A stretch of DNA of 64,000 bases from Escherichia phage vB_EcoM_3HA11: the sequence record MN342150. One strand, 5' to 3'. The translations under genes were made by a program, and so were the position numbers. Shown here piece after piece: positions 8,718 through 18,493 of this stretch (the stretch's first letter is position 1; every line of letters begins with the position of its first letter). Under the pieces are notes generated by a model. It was not told the origin of the DNA. It made no database searches and was given only the letters and a program-made list of their open reading frames with translations.

Positions 8718-10658
8718 TTACCAATCCCAAAGAATACGACCTGCGTCAGTACGGTTGGACGGCTCCAGTTGTGAACTGTTGAAGTTGTTTGTCGTACTGA
8801 CTTTCTTCGAGTTATCAACATTTTGTTGTACAGGCATTACCACACTGGCTGGCGGGTTGGCGTAGGAAGATTTAACTTCCTCAATGTTGTTAGCCGCTCT
8901 CCCCTGAACCGGATATGCCCCACCCAGAGTACCTCCCCCGATCCCAGCATATGCATCTTTCAATTGAGAAGTGCGATCTGTTACGTTCACAGCATCCGAA
9001 GAAACCCCAGAAGGCATTGGAGTCAGCGTGCTGATATCTGCATTAGGTTGTGCTGGCGATTGACTGTTCGGTGGTGCAGAGGCATTCTCAGGAGCCTTAT
9101 CGTCTTGGCTTATCAGCATAGACTGTCTTGCTTCCGCCATCTTATTCCTGGCTGCTTCACCACCCAACGCATCGGGGATAATGCTGACAAACTTATCCAC
9201 GATATCAAACATCGCATTGGTGATAGCATTCAACATGTTGAAGAAAGGTTTCTTCACATTTTCAGCAAATCCTTTCTTCATGTCTTCAACGACTTTGTTT
9301 GCAGCCGCCATGCCGTCATCTATCAGGCCAGTTATTCCACCCGTTACCCAATCAACCAATTTTATCAATTGGCCTTGCAAGTTATCTGCAAGTTTACCAG
9401 GTATTTCGGTCAGTGATGTACTCTTCCCGATACCCGCAAACAAATCGTTGGTGACCCAATCAACAATCGAGTTCAACCAACGCACGGGCGCTTCGGTCAT
9501 TTTCAGCACTTGTTCACGGAACGCCTTTCCAAACCCAGCATTGTTCCATCCGAATATTTCAGCAACCCAATCGGCGAGATCCCCGAAACTACCGACCAGC
9601 TCTGTTATCCCTGCCTGAACCCGATCAACGATCGATACTTGCGCTTTACCAAGGATTTCTTTAGCATTAAAGAACCCTTTACCGAATTCAAATACAGATG
9701 TTATTAACGCCAGAGGTCCAACTCGAAGCATCTTGGTTGCTGCTTTCAGAGGCGCAAGCAACCCGCCGATCCCAGCACCAAACCCCATGAATAATTTAAT
9801 GAAGCCACCAACAAGTTTTAATGGGGACATCAGGAGTTTTAACGCGCCCAGTCCAAGGAGTGCCCCCAGCGCCGCGCCTAACCCAGAAGATTGACCATCT
9901 TGTTTAGGCTCAGACGGAGGGATAGAACCAGCCTCTGGATTGTTCTTGTTTTCCTTACCTTCTTCGCCACGACGGAATTTCTCTTCTTCTCTATATTTTT
10001 GATCACTTTCATAGATACGTGTCAGAGTATCATTAAGATCTTCGTTCATGTATCCCAATTTGTCATCAATGCTGTCGAGGCGGGTAACAGTTTCGTTACT
10101 GGCATCTTTATTGAAATCTAGCGTGTCCTTATGCGTTTGAAGCATTATGTCAGTCAGGTTTACGATCTTCCCTCCGACCAACGCCAGCTTATCCTTTAAT
10201 CCATCAAGGCGTTCAAGACTATCTTCGTTGGCCGCGCCCAATTGATCTGATATCATGTCAAGATATTCAACTGACATGTCGTCAACCGGACCATTCGCTG
10301 CTTCACCAAATTTTTCGATCTTGGTGGCGATACGCATCAGTTCTTCATTGCCATCCTTTGTTAGACTGACGGTGTCTTTCATCCAAGTGCTGTAATCCCT
10401 TGTGAAAATAGGACTGACGCGGACAAACCCACCAACAATATCATTCACCGATGGGAATTTAATTGGCGGGACTTTCTGCTCCTGATTAGACGCCTGGCGT
10501 GTCTTCAGAGATTGCAGTTGTTTGTTGACATCGGCGAGCTGTTTATTCGTCTCGGATTGGGCGCGCAATTGCTTGCGCTCCATCATTTCTTTTTTGATTT
10601 TATCCAAAACCTTGACGATGTCTTGCTGCCCTGGTGTCGGTTGATTGTTATCTGCCAT
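8718..10658 (-). CDS. tail tape-measure / baseplate hub-like structural protein
   Basis: 646 aa; N-terminal coiled coil, central Gly-rich hydrophobic block (GLGAALGALLGLGALKLL...GFGAGIGGLLAPL); last gene of a four-gene minus-strand structural operon. Confidence 0.4.
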   Translation of the reverse strand: MADNNQPTPGQQDIVKVLDKIKKEMMERKQLRAQSETNKQLADVNKQLQSLKTRQASNQEQKVPPIKFPSVNDIVGGFVRVSPIFTRDYSTWMKDTVSLTKDGNEELMRIATKIEKFGEAANGPVDDMSVEYLDMISDQLGAANEDSLERLDGLKDKLALVGGKIVNLTDIMLQTHKDTLDFNKDASNETVTRLDSIDDKLGYMNEDLNDTLTRIYESDQKYREEEKFRRGEEGKENKNNPEAGSIPPSEPKQDGQSSGLGAALGALLGLGALKLLMSPLKLVGGFIKLFMGFGAGIGGLLAPLKAATKMLRVGPLALITSVFEFGKGFFNAKEILGKAQVSIVDRVQAGITELVGSFGDLADWVAEIFGWNNAGFGKAFREQVLKMTEAPVRWLNSIVDWVTNDLFAGIGKSTSLTEIPGKLADNLQGQLIKLVDWVTGGITGLIDDGMAAANKVVEDMKKGFAENVKKPFFNMLNAITNAMFDIVDKFVSIIPDALGGEAARNKMAEARQSMLISQDDKAPENASAPPNSQSPAQPNADISTLTPMPSGVSSDAVNVTDRTSQLKDAYAGIGGGTLGGAYPVQGRAANNIEEVKSSYANPPASVVMPVQQNVDNSKKVSTTNNFNSSQLEPSNRTDAGRILWDW

Positions 10659-10668
10659 TTGTCACCTC

Positions 10669-12057
10669 TCAGACCTTCTGGGCTTGTCCTTTCTCTATTG
10701 GCGTCGGAGTTGGTGTAGAAGCCACAGTTTGACCAGTCTGAGGCGGTAAGACCTTCTGGATCATACTATCTTTGGCAATCTCAGCGACGCATTGATAATC
10801 ATTTGTCAGGCGTGAAATCTTGTGGCGTATCTTTGTGACGATATAATGGCCTGTTGATAACTTACTTAACTCGGCAATGTTTTCATTAGATTTCGGGCGG
10901 TTCGACAAATCTTCAATATAATAAACCTGCCCAACATTCAGACGGTTATCCCCCACGACCAGCAAACGCATAACCGTTGACGCGAGGCTGAATTCTATAA
11001 CGCGTCGTGCGTAATCTATTTGTTCGGCACCATCCGGTTGCGCTTCAATGTACCTAACGTTCTCACGGTCGAATTGATCAGAGAACAAAGGGAACGGATC
11101 AAGGTGAGCAGTGCTGTCAAACCATTCTGAATAAATGCGTTGGGTCGCTGTCGTGGATTTTGTACTAAAGTCATACACGCGCTCGTTCACTGCCAAGATA
11201 TCCCGATAATTCGCCATGTACTGATCACGCGCCAGTTTCTTTTCAGCCTTGATGATCGTCCGCATAAAACGTTCGGAGTTGAAGTTATTGTCTTGCATCA
11301 ACGGGGCATCTTGAGGATCACGGAAGAATTTCTTTTCCGCGCTTGCCTCTTGTTTCTCTTCGGCAGTCATGGACTGATTGCCCTGGTTGAACAATGTCGT
11401 CATGCTCTTGAAGTGATAGCCTGTGAAGTCTTCATAGAAAACAAATGGCATAAACAATTCGTCGTATGCGCGGCTGGCCATATAATCGATGGAACGAAGT
11501 ACAGGCCAAAGAGGAGTTGCGAATCGTTCTTGCACGCCATACGACGGATCTATGTCTTCAAATTTGGTTCGAGAATTTAACTGCTCAAAAATCTTGGCCG
11601 CCATTTCTGAATAAGAACCGTTCAGACCGATAGACTTACGCAGCATGCTGTCACGGTACGCATCTGTTGTCACCAAGTGCAGCCAAAATGCTTTTTTAGA
11701 TGATGAATTGGATTCATCCGCAACTCTACCCACCCGACTCACGCGCAATGAGAGAGTAGTGTAATCAGAAGCCGCTGGTGATTTGAATGACACCACTACT
11801 TCTTCACCGCCAAGTATCGGCATTGTGTCCAATATATCCCAACCTTCTTTTATCAAGATATTGGCTGTCAGTGAAGGAGAAGCATTACCTTCCAAACCAA
11901 GATCTTGGTAGACGTTGAATTCTTGAAATAAAGAAGACAGGTCATATGGTCTTGGCGTACCACCTTCTGGAGTATGTGGTAGGATCGCCATATACTTCAA
12001 ATCAAATGTGGTGGACGGTGTTAAAATACCGTCTTGAGATTCTTTATTTTCGATCAT
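10669..12057 (-). CDS. putative baseplate/tail structural protein (462 aa)
   Basis: Operon context with neighbouring structural genes; 4-nt overlap with upstream gene; no specific motif. Confidence 0.35.
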   Translation of the reverse strand: MIENKESQDGILTPSTTFDLKYMAILPHTPEGGTPRPYDLSSLFQEFNVYQDLGLEGNASPSLTANILIKEGWDILDTMPILGGEEVVVSFKSPAASDYTTLSLRVSRVGRVADESNSSSKKAFWLHLVTTDAYRDSMLRKSIGLNGSYSEMAAKIFEQLNSRTKFEDIDPSYGVQERFATPLWPVLRSIDYMASRAYDELFMPFVFYEDFTGYHFKSMTTLFNQGNQSMTAEEKQEASAEKKFFRDPQDAPLMQDNNFNSERFMRTIIKAEKKLARDQYMANYRDILAVNERVYDFSTKSTTATQRIYSEWFDSTAHLDPFPLFSDQFDRENVRYIEAQPDGAEQIDYARRVIEFSLASTVMRLLVVGDNRLNVGQVYYIEDLSNRPKSNENIAELSKLSTGHYIVTKIRHKISRLTNDYQCVAEIAKDSMIQKVLPPQTGQTVASTPTPTPIEKGQAQKV

Positions 12058-12611
12058 TTGGTCAGCTCCTGTTCCAGCTGATTAACAAAGGAAGAAACAT
12101 AATCTGGATCGAGCACTTGGATGTTACGTTTGGCTTCGTTTTTGTTTATTGCATCATCGTGATATGTAATGCCAGTCAGCCCGTAATTCGCGATGATTGT
12201 CGCGTCGTCCATAGCGCCAAGGCCATATGCCAAACGGATAGCGCGGGGATCTGTTTCATTCCCAAATTCGTCAACGTAGTATTTTACGTCCCACATCCCA
12301 TCGAGTCCATAACGAGCAGTTAGCTCTTCAATGATTCTGCGTTCTGGTTTTGGCCAGTCTTCTGTGATATCCATGATACCATTGATAAGACATGGTATCC
12401 AGAACAACTCGAAGGAACCATAGACCCGTTCCGCAAAAGACCTTGGGGTTTCCCCATCAAAAACAGTATAAGGCAGGAGAAGCCCTTCTATGTCCCGAAT
12501 TTTCTTAACAACCATAACCCGTCGTGTCAAGTTTTGCAACAGGACTTGGTCATTTTCTTTGACACCAATTAGTTGATGCCATACGAGTGGAAATTTCTCA
12601 AAATATTTCAT
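12054..12611 (-). CDS. putative baseplate structural protein (185 aa)
   Basis: Translationally coupled within the structural operon; size similar to T4 gp28 (not verified). Confidence 0.35.
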   Translation of the reverse strand: MKYFEKFPLVWHQLIGVKENDQVLLQNLTRRVMVVKKIRDIEGLLLPYTVFDGETPRSFAERVYGSFELFWIPCLINGIMDITEDWPKPERRIIEELTARYGLDGMWDVKYYVDEFGNETDPRAIRLAYGLGAMDDATIIANYGLTGITYHDDAINKNEAKRNIQVLDPDYVSSFVNQLEQELTK

Positions 12612-12623
12612 GGCATCTTCCCC

Positions 12624-13592
12624 TTAGAAGCTGTCGCCTTCGGTATCAAAGCGGCCTTTGTGCAACGGTTCCAGTTCGATAAATGTCATATCAATCTGGG
12701 TTGACACGATGCTGTCATCTTTGTGGACAGCATATGAAGAATCCGGCGTCTCGTTGACAAACATGTTTGACAAAACACAAGTCGATATCCGATGCAACCA
12801 TTTGTTGCGTTCCCCCTGCACCATGAACGTGATGTCAAATGTGGAAGGGTGTAGATAGAATGCACTGGAATTCTTGTTGTATTTGTATTCGGGGTACATA
12901 TGCATCTTGAACAGACGAATGATTTCCCTCACCATTTTCGCCTCTTTTTGCGATCTTGGAGTGAATTTGAATGTGAACGGGATTTCTCGGTTGCGCACCC
13001 CTTGGAAAATCATTTCCACATACGGGTTGGTCATCGTACCTGTAAACAATTCTAATGTATCATGAGCATTAATTGTCGGCAAGAAAGGAATTGCTTCCGA
13101 AGCAGATTGGATGGCCTTTGTCGCCGCAAATCTCCCCATTTCTTTCCCAACATTCAAAGCATCCCCAAGTTTGAATTGACTCATATCTTGGGCGGCGCGT
13201 GATAAGAATTGGGCACCCATACCTGCTAATCCCAACTCGGAGCCGTTCCAGCCAACGCCATAGTTGGTTGTAATGGATTCGGGCATACACAACACGATTG
13301 ATTCGTTAGAGCGGACGTGACGCGCCCAAGCATATTTGCTAATAGAACCCGATTTAGAACCATAAACCACAGGAGTCTTACCCAATGGATTTTGTATCGG
13401 ATTTTCGACGGTTTGGGTTGTGGTGTCCCCATATGAAGAACCGGATATTCGGTTGATGTTGAATAGAACATAATGGCCGAGGGTTTTACCCCCTGTTATG
13501 TCTAATGGATAGACCAATTGCTTCTGAGACTTGGCCAAGCCTTTTGTGTTCAGAACTTTGATCTTATCGATGGTCGACTTGAAATTCGCCAT
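12624..13592 (-). CDS. putative baseplate/tail-tube-like structural protein (322 aa)
   Basis: First gene of the minus-strand structural operon; beta-rich sequence; CTAAATAG late-promoter-like motif upstream. Confidence 0.35.
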   Translation of the reverse strand: MANFKSTIDKIKVLNTKGLAKSQKQLVYPLDITGGKTLGHYVLFNINRISGSSYGDTTTQTVENPIQNPLGKTPVVYGSKSGSISKYAWARHVRSNESIVLCMPESITTNYGVGWNGSELGLAGMGAQFLSRAAQDMSQFKLGDALNVGKEMGRFAATKAIQSASEAIPFLPTINAHDTLELFTGTMTNPYVEMIFQGVRNREIPFTFKFTPRSQKEAKMVREIIRLFKMHMYPEYKYNKNSSAFYLHPSTFDITFMVQGERNKWLHRISTCVLSNMFVNETPDSSYAVHKDDSIVSTQIDMTFIELEPLHKGRFDTEGDSF

Positions 13593-13628
13593 GGTCTGAA
13601 GCCCTTTAATTAGAATAGAGTGATGACA

Positions 13629-13636
13629 CTATTTAG
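13629..13636 (-). promoter_or_regulatory. late-promoter-like motif CTAAATAG
   Basis: About 40 nt upstream of structural gene start 13592; resembles the T4 late consensus TATAAATA. Confidence 0.25.
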
Positions 13637-13645
13637 GACTAGAAT

Positions 13646-14266
13646 ATGGCTATGTATTTGCAGGGGAAGTATGTTCCCGTAAATCCCAAGAAATATAAAG
13701 GCGACGTGAACAAAATAGTATTTCGTTCTTCGCTAGAACTTGTCGCCTTTAAATTTTGTGATATGAATCCTGCTATCGTCTATTGGTCTTCAGAAGAAAC
13801 TGTAATCCCTTACATATCTCCGGTTGATGGTCGCGCCCATCGTTATTTCATGGATTTGAAGGTTTGGACTCGTCGGCAGGATTCCGATGAATTACAAATT
13901 ACTCTTATTGAAATAAAACCCAAAGACCAGATTAAAGAACCTCGCAAAACTAAAACGATGAAGGAATCAACATTCAATAATTCAATGCGCACTTGGTTGG
14001 TAAATCAGGCAAAGTGGACAGCAACTAAAGAACATTGCGCGAAGGTAGGTTGGAAATTCATTATCTGGACAGAAGAACATTTGGTGCCAGGTGAAGACCC
14101 AGAAGTTAAAAAACAATTTGCTCTTCGTTCTAAGAAAAAGCGCGAAGTCGAAATGGAAGATCGACGCCGCGCTCAAAGGATTAATGCGTTGAAAGAGCAA
14201 ATGAAGAAGGAAACTGCTAATAAACAACCAACGCAATTGAAAGATGATGGTTTGTTATTACCCTGA
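13646..14266 (+). CDS. 4: head completion protein (T4 gp4-like)
   Basis: 206 aa; N-terminal LQGKYVPVNPKKYKGD...IVFRSSLELVAFKFCDMNPAIVYWSSEETVIPY matches remembered gp4/gp2-family signature (RSSWE...W..E.VVIPY). Confidence 0.5.
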   Translation: MAMYLQGKYVPVNPKKYKGDVNKIVFRSSLELVAFKFCDMNPAIVYWSSEETVIPYISPVDGRAHRYFMDLKVWTRRQDSDELQITLIEIKPKDQIKEPRKTKTMKESTFNNSMRTWLVNQAKWTATKEHCAKVGWKFIIWTEEHLVPGEDPEVKKQFALRSKKKREVEMEDRRRAQRINALKEQMKKETANKQPTQLKDDGLLLP

Positions 14267-14476
14267 TTTCCTTGGATGTCCAGGGGCAAAGCAAGTTTGT
14301 TTGTCCCTGCATATCATCCACCCATCAGCACGGGCTTGTCTAGCACAGTCTCCCCAAGATTCACCAGCATAAGACTTCATCCCACATCTGGGGTGATGCT
14401 CTTGCCAAGCCCAATCACAAGATTTGCATTCCACACATTCACAATACAAATCTATCGTGTATCCTGCGGTAATCAT
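14258..14476 (-). CDS. small Cys-rich protein (72 aa)
   Basis: Abuts upstream minus-strand gene (start 14476, previous stop 14477); CxCxxC...C pattern; 3' end overlaps the convergent gp4-like gene by 9 nt. Confidence 0.3.
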   Translation of the reverse strand: MITAGYTIDLYCECVECKSCDWAWQEHHPRCGMKSYAGESWGDCARQARADGWMICRDKQTCFAPGHPRKSG

Positions 14477-14884
14477 TTAATCCGCCAGGCGTTCGTAAAT
14501 TTTTTGACGGAACTCATTCCCTTTTGCACAACCTGTGGCCAGCAAACGAGTACCGCCTGTCCCGATGACACTGATAGTTGAAAATCTTAAAATACGGCCT
14601 GTAATGGACTGATCCACTTTGATGGTCTCAACTTTACCCAGGCGAAGTTCATCAGCATCACGGCGGATAAATCCTCGTTTTACGATAACCCGTTTGTTGG
14701 TGACTGCGAATTCCGTGGTCATCACATTCAAGATAGTTGGGATCAGGAATAACAAACTGAAACCAAATGTTGGAATAATCGTTAAAGCGACGAGAACATA
14801 AATCCAGAATCCACTCCACCAAGTCGGACGAGTGAATGCAACCACATATTCATTTTCGCTCAGCATACGATCGACGTAACGCAT
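14477..14884 (-). CDS. membrane protein, bacterial PH-domain-like (135 aa)
   Basis: Two N-terminal hydrophobic helices then a soluble domain (TEFAVTNKRVIVKRGF...), an arrangement typical of bPH/DUF304 proteins. Confidence 0.35.
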   Translation of the reverse strand: MRYVDRMLSENEYVVAFTRPTWWSGFWIYVLVALTIIPTFGFSLLFLIPTILNVMTTEFAVTNKRVIVKRGFIRRDADELRLGKVETIKVDQSITGRILRFSTISVIGTGGTRLLATGCAKGNEFRQKIYERLAD

Positions 14885-14885
14885 T

Positions 14886-15407
14886 TTAATTCCTTACTTT
14901 GTCAGGATTAGATAATATTTGTTCGTATCCGACTTCTCCTTGATAGTCGAAAACATGCTGAAGAATCGCCATATCGTCTACCATCCGATAAACTTCAATT
15001 CCAGCGTTCATCAATTTTTTGATTCCATCCATAATACGATATGGCTCACGATAATATACTTTATCGATTTTACCGCTATCTATTATCTTTTGAGTGCAAT
15101 TAGGGCAAGGACTATGTGTCACAAACATAACCAACCCTGTGAAATCATCTGCATTTTCGGGGATACGCATTAGAGCATTTTCCTCCGCATGAACAACACA
15201 CGGGTTTGTAACAATTTGCCCGTGTTGCTCCATCTCACAAACATTCGGCATGCCAGGAGGCGTTCCGTTCCATCCGATAGCCACAGGCTGATCAGTTTCA
15301 GGGTTTACGATAACACAACCGACTTGCAGACGCCGAGCATAACTGGTTACACCATATGCTGCAGCTGATCGCATATGAGCAAACATCATACGTGGTTTGA
15401 TAGCCAT
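14886..15407 (-). CDS. cd: dCMP deaminase
   Basis: 173 aa; zinc-binding cytidine/dCMP deaminase motifs HAEENAL and PCPNC. Confidence 0.85.
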   Translation of the reverse strand: MAIKPRMMFAHMRSAAAYGVTSYARRLQVGCVIVNPETDQPVAIGWNGTPPGMPNVCEMEQHGQIVTNPCVVHAEENALMRIPENADDFTGLVMFVTHSPCPNCTQKIIDSGKIDKVYYREPYRIMDGIKKLMNAGIEVYRMVDDMAILQHVFDYQGEVGYEQILSNPDKVRN

Positions 15408-15739
15408 TATTTTATCAGAGCCTTTTCAAGTAAAAAGATCATGTCATCCTGGTCGGCGCGGCCAAAGATCTGACCGAGGGACACCATGGAATGAACCTCT
15501 TTGACAATCAGGTCTTTGCCTGTTACACCGCTGTTGTCCAATTCGAGAATTGTAGACATGCGCTCAACCATATGAGGTGGATGATTGATATAACGTTGAA
15601 GATACTTTTCACGCAACGCAATTTTTTCGATAAGATCTGACATTTCTGCATTCTCTTCTGAATACAGACGTTCTTTAGATTTCAGTTCTTCGAGGCGTTC
15701 GTACATTTCTTTTAATGAAATCATGTTTATCTCTCCCAA
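15407..15739 (-). CDS. hypothetical protein (110 aa)
   Basis: ATGA-type overlap with downstream gene; GGGAGAG RBS. Confidence 0.4.
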   Translation of the reverse strand: MGEINMISLKEMYERLEELKSKERLYSEENAEMSDLIEKIALREKYLQRYINHPPHMVERMSTILELDNSGVTGKDLIVKEVHSMVSLGQIFGRADQDDMIFLLEKALIK

Positions 15740-15786
15740 TAAATTAAGGGGAAGTATACCTTCCCCTTCTTCAATAAAATAAATTA

Positions 15787-16137
15787 TTATTCAGTACAAG
15801 CTCGACCAAGTTCAGTCAGGCGGTAGAATGTTACTTCTGATTTCGGCCAATGCTTATACTCTTCAGAGTCATCATGAACCATTGTAAACGCAGGTTCGAT
15901 CAGACCTTTAGATAATAATGATTGCCCTGAACGTGTATCCCACGGATCACCTTTTACAGAACGAAACCCACCAGCAATCGGAGGGGTATGGAATGTCCAT
16001 ACTGTCTTGCCCTTTTCATTCGTCCAAGACTTCGGATTGAAATACCAATGACAAAGGCGTCTGGCTTCACCCTTTTCAAAATTTAACATTCCTAAAAGGA
16101 CGCAGAGTTGATGTCCTGTGATTCTTGGCTTTTTCAT
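15787..16137 (-). CDS. hypothetical protein (116 aa)
   Basis: ORF in operon; no motif. Confidence 0.4.
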   Translation of the reverse strand: MKKPRITGHQLCVLLGMLNFEKGEARRLCHWYFNPKSWTNEKGKTVWTFHTPPIAGGFRSVKGDPWDTRSGQSLLSKGLIEPAFTMVHDDSEEYKHWPKSEVTFYRLTELGRACTE

Positions 16138-16466
16138 AAGATCCCCAAGTCAGTAAGGTAACGATAAGACAGGACTACAGATAGAAATCCAATTAACGCC
16201 CAAGACGACAGAATAGGCTTGCAATTTAGCGTAGTCTTTCCATTGGGTATGTTGGGACTTCCAGTAATAACAACCGAATCCGTTTCAGCTCTCAGTGTCA
16301 TGACAGAACCCATGAGAATGATTGGGCGCACATAATATCCTTCATTATTGCGCTTTACGATACATGGTGAAGAAAATCGCAGGAACGGATCACCGCTTTT
16401 ATAACCGAATAACTCGACCTTTTCTATTTCTTCGGGTACTTTCTGACCAGGAAAGAATATTTTCAT
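16134..16466 (-). CDS. hypothetical protein (110 aa)
   Basis: 4-nt overlaps with both neighbours. Confidence 0.4.
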   Translation of the reverse strand: MKIFFPGQKVPEEIEKVELFGYKSGDPFLRFSSPCIVKRNNEGYYVRPIILMGSVMTLRAETDSVVITGSPNIPNGKTTLNCKPILSSWALIGFLSVVLSYRYLTDLGIL

Positions 16467-17041
16467 AATGCAATTCCTAAATTTGTGTATAACAACTCAG
16501 CCAGGGTGACAGGACGCTTGAATTGTTCCCAACTGCAGTTCAGGTATTCGCGCTCTTCGCGAATATTTTCGTGAAGATGGCCATGGATATTATACGCCCA
16601 ACGGTCTAATTGATAAGGAACATGTGTTGTCAACACACGGCCAACAGGCGTGTCACGTTCGTACATAGCGCCGAAGGAGCTAATCCAGCCGTCCATATAC
16701 AAAGACAACAGCATCTTAAAGCTGTCGTGGTTGCCCTGTGCCACCCTGATGATAAAGTTCGGACGCCAGTCATCGGGGACGGGGCGTCGCTTAAACTCAT
16801 CAATGTTTCGCTTGGCACCCTCCCGCATCAGGCGAATGAACCCTTCAGCCCCGATGAAGCATATATCACCAGCCAGTTCAAGGACGTCCCGAGACTTCAG
16901 CCCCTGGAAGATCGTGTCGATAACCGCAGCGTCATGCGCTTCCTGTGTATCAAATCCACGCGGTTTAAAGACCTTCTTATGCCCAAGGTGAGTGTCACCA
17001 AGGTACTTTACGATTCCCGCCATTATGGTTTCCTCAGCCAT
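16463..17041 (-). CDS. calcineurin-like metallophosphoesterase
   Basis: 192 aa; phosphoesterase motifs GDTHLG, GDICF, GNHD, GHLH in canonical order. Confidence 0.7.
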   Translation of the reverse strand: MAEETIMAGIVKYLGDTHLGHKKVFKPRGFDTQEAHDAAVIDTIFQGLKSRDVLELAGDICFIGAEGFIRLMREGAKRNIDEFKRRPVPDDWRPNFIIRVAQGNHDSFKMLLSLYMDGWISSFGAMYERDTPVGRVLTTHVPYQLDRWAYNIHGHLHENIREEREYLNCSWEQFKRPVTLAELLYTNLGIAL

Positions 17042-17364
17042 TCTAAAATTGGTACGTTCACAAACCCTTTGTGCCAGCGGTGTGGGTTGTGGCCTCTGTT
17101 ATGATCTAGTAAGCACGTATCGGGAGGAACACTGAAGTGAATGCCTTCGATGTCATAATAATTCCCATCAATCAGGGTGTATACATGACCTTCAATCTGG
17201 CTATAATGGATCTCTGCTTGGGGATACACATGCTTCAGAACCAGAGCAACCTGATAGCACTTTCCGTTCTTCCCGATATACTCGACATCGACCTGTTGTG
17301 GGAACACGTCTTTGATAAGATTTATCAATCTCGTGATATCATTTACAACAACCGAACGTTTCAT
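17023..17364 (-). CDS. hypothetical protein (113 aa)
   Basis: ORF in operon; His-rich C-terminus. Confidence 0.4.
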   Translation of the reverse strand: MKRSVVVNDITRLINLIKDVFPQQVDVEYIGKNGKCYQVALVLKHVYPQAEIHYSQIEGHVYTLIDGNYYDIEGIHFSVPPDTCLLDHNRGHNPHRWHKGFVNVPILEWLRKP

Positions 17365-17366
17365 CT

Positions 17367-18029
17367 CTATGATAACTCATGGCGGTGTCGAACACACGCA
17401 GGGCAATTACAATTCTTTTTCAAAATTGGCATTTCACACCATGTCATTAAGTCATGTATTGGGGACATGTGATGATAGAACCAAGATTTCTTGAGACTAA
17501 TCAATGGATATAAAATTTCAATAGGTCTTTCCCCGTCTCTGGTCATCATGTTGTACCCTTCAATGACTTTATTAAAAGCGGGTATCCAGTGTATTGCGTC
17601 ATCGCCGTTAACATATGCCAATATATACGTGGACGGCAAGCCCCTGCCTTTAAATTGCGTGTTTAATAACCATATCGGGGCTTGTGCTAAACAAGCGCGA
17701 AAACCACCGTCAGGGACGTTGATGCCACTGATAGGTTCTTGATGATGTGTCCAACGATACATAAGAAGTGGGGCATTTTTATTAATCCAGTTGTGAATTT
17801 TATTCCTCGCCCAATTTTCGCGTTTAGATTTGCATTTATTATTTTCGAGGTGGCAATACACAGTATGAACTGAATATCCTTTCGATAACAACCAAATCAA
17901 CATGTATGTGCTATCCACCCCACCAGACCAGAACAACGTCACTTCTTGATTATTCTCCGGCAATGGAGCATCCCCTTGAAGAACACGGTATACAAAATCA
18001 CAATCAGATATTGAGACAACAATTTCCAT
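17367..18029 (-). CDS. PP-loop ATP pyrophosphatase, QueC-like (7-cyano-7-deazaguanine synthase-like)
   Basis: 220 aa; N-terminal PP-loop LFWSGGVDST; C-terminal cysteine cluster CNCPAC resembling QueC zinc site; size matches QueC. Confidence 0.5.
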   Translation of the reverse strand: MEIVVSISDCDFVYRVLQGDAPLPENNQEVTLFWSGGVDSTYMLIWLLSKGYSVHTVYCHLENNKCKSKRENWARNKIHNWINKNAPLLMYRWTHHQEPISGINVPDGGFRACLAQAPIWLLNTQFKGRGLPSTYILAYVNGDDAIHWIPAFNKVIEGYNMMTRDGERPIEILYPLISLKKSWFYHHMSPIHDLMTWCEMPILKKNCNCPACVRHRHELS

Positions 18030-18110
18030 TAAAATATTCCTCTTAAAGAATCATTTGTTGTGCGCCATAAAGATATGATGGTGCAATGATAATACATTAT
18101 ACAAATAGAA

Positions 18111-18129
18111 AAGCCCCTTTCGGGGCTTA
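18111..18129 (-). terminator. rho-independent terminator
   Basis: Hairpin AAGCCCC-tttc-GGGGCTT; on the minus strand followed by TTCTATTTG. Confidence 0.4.
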
Positions 18130-18417
18130 TTTGTCTTCAGATTCATACAAACGCCAATTGCCGATGCTAAACCATTCCCCTACATTATTTGAATATCTGG
18201 TTGTTCGGACTCCTCCGACTTCATACGCCCATTTGAAGAATTTCCATTTGGACGATAAAGAAGGACATTCGCTTCCGGATTTCAGAGAACACGCTGTGAG
18301 CCAACGCGTAATACTGAGAGCCTGAAAAATCGGATGGATAAATGAAGAATACAATATCCAAAGCGTTATGACAACAAAAATAATGGTCGTGATCACCCCG
18401 ACAATTTGAAAGAACAT
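18127..18417 (-). CDS. small membrane protein (96 aa)
   Basis: GGAGG RBS; N-terminal transmembrane helix; hairpin terminator just downstream. Confidence 0.35.
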   Translation of the reverse strand: MFFQIVGVITTIIFVVITLWILYSSFIHPIFQALSITRWLTACSLKSGSECPSLSSKWKFFKWAYEVGGVRTTRYSNNVGEWFSIGNWRLYESEDK

Positions 18418-18493
18418 TTAAGAACCTCCAAAATATTGAACACTGACTATGAAGAAAACCATGATTGTAAACAACCATGAAACAAGGAAAGAT

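Noticed and set aside
8823-10718. Plus-strand ORFs 8823..9416, 9181..9618, 9510..9707, 9891..10121 and 10512..10718
   Set aside because: All lie antisense within the 646-aa structural gene and lack ribosome-binding sites; treated as shadow ORFs.
14276-14801. Plus-strand ORFs 14276..14581 and 14619..14801
   Set aside because: Antisense to the minus-strand membrane-protein and Cys-rich genes, which are translationally linked to the dCMP deaminase operon.
18127-18180. One-nucleotide discrepancy between my hand count of the displayed sequence and the ORF-track frame near 18171-18180
   Set aside because: Most likely my own reading or counting error; ORF-track coordinates were taken as authoritative, and hand-derived coordinates for RNAs, promoters and terminators are flagged as approximate.
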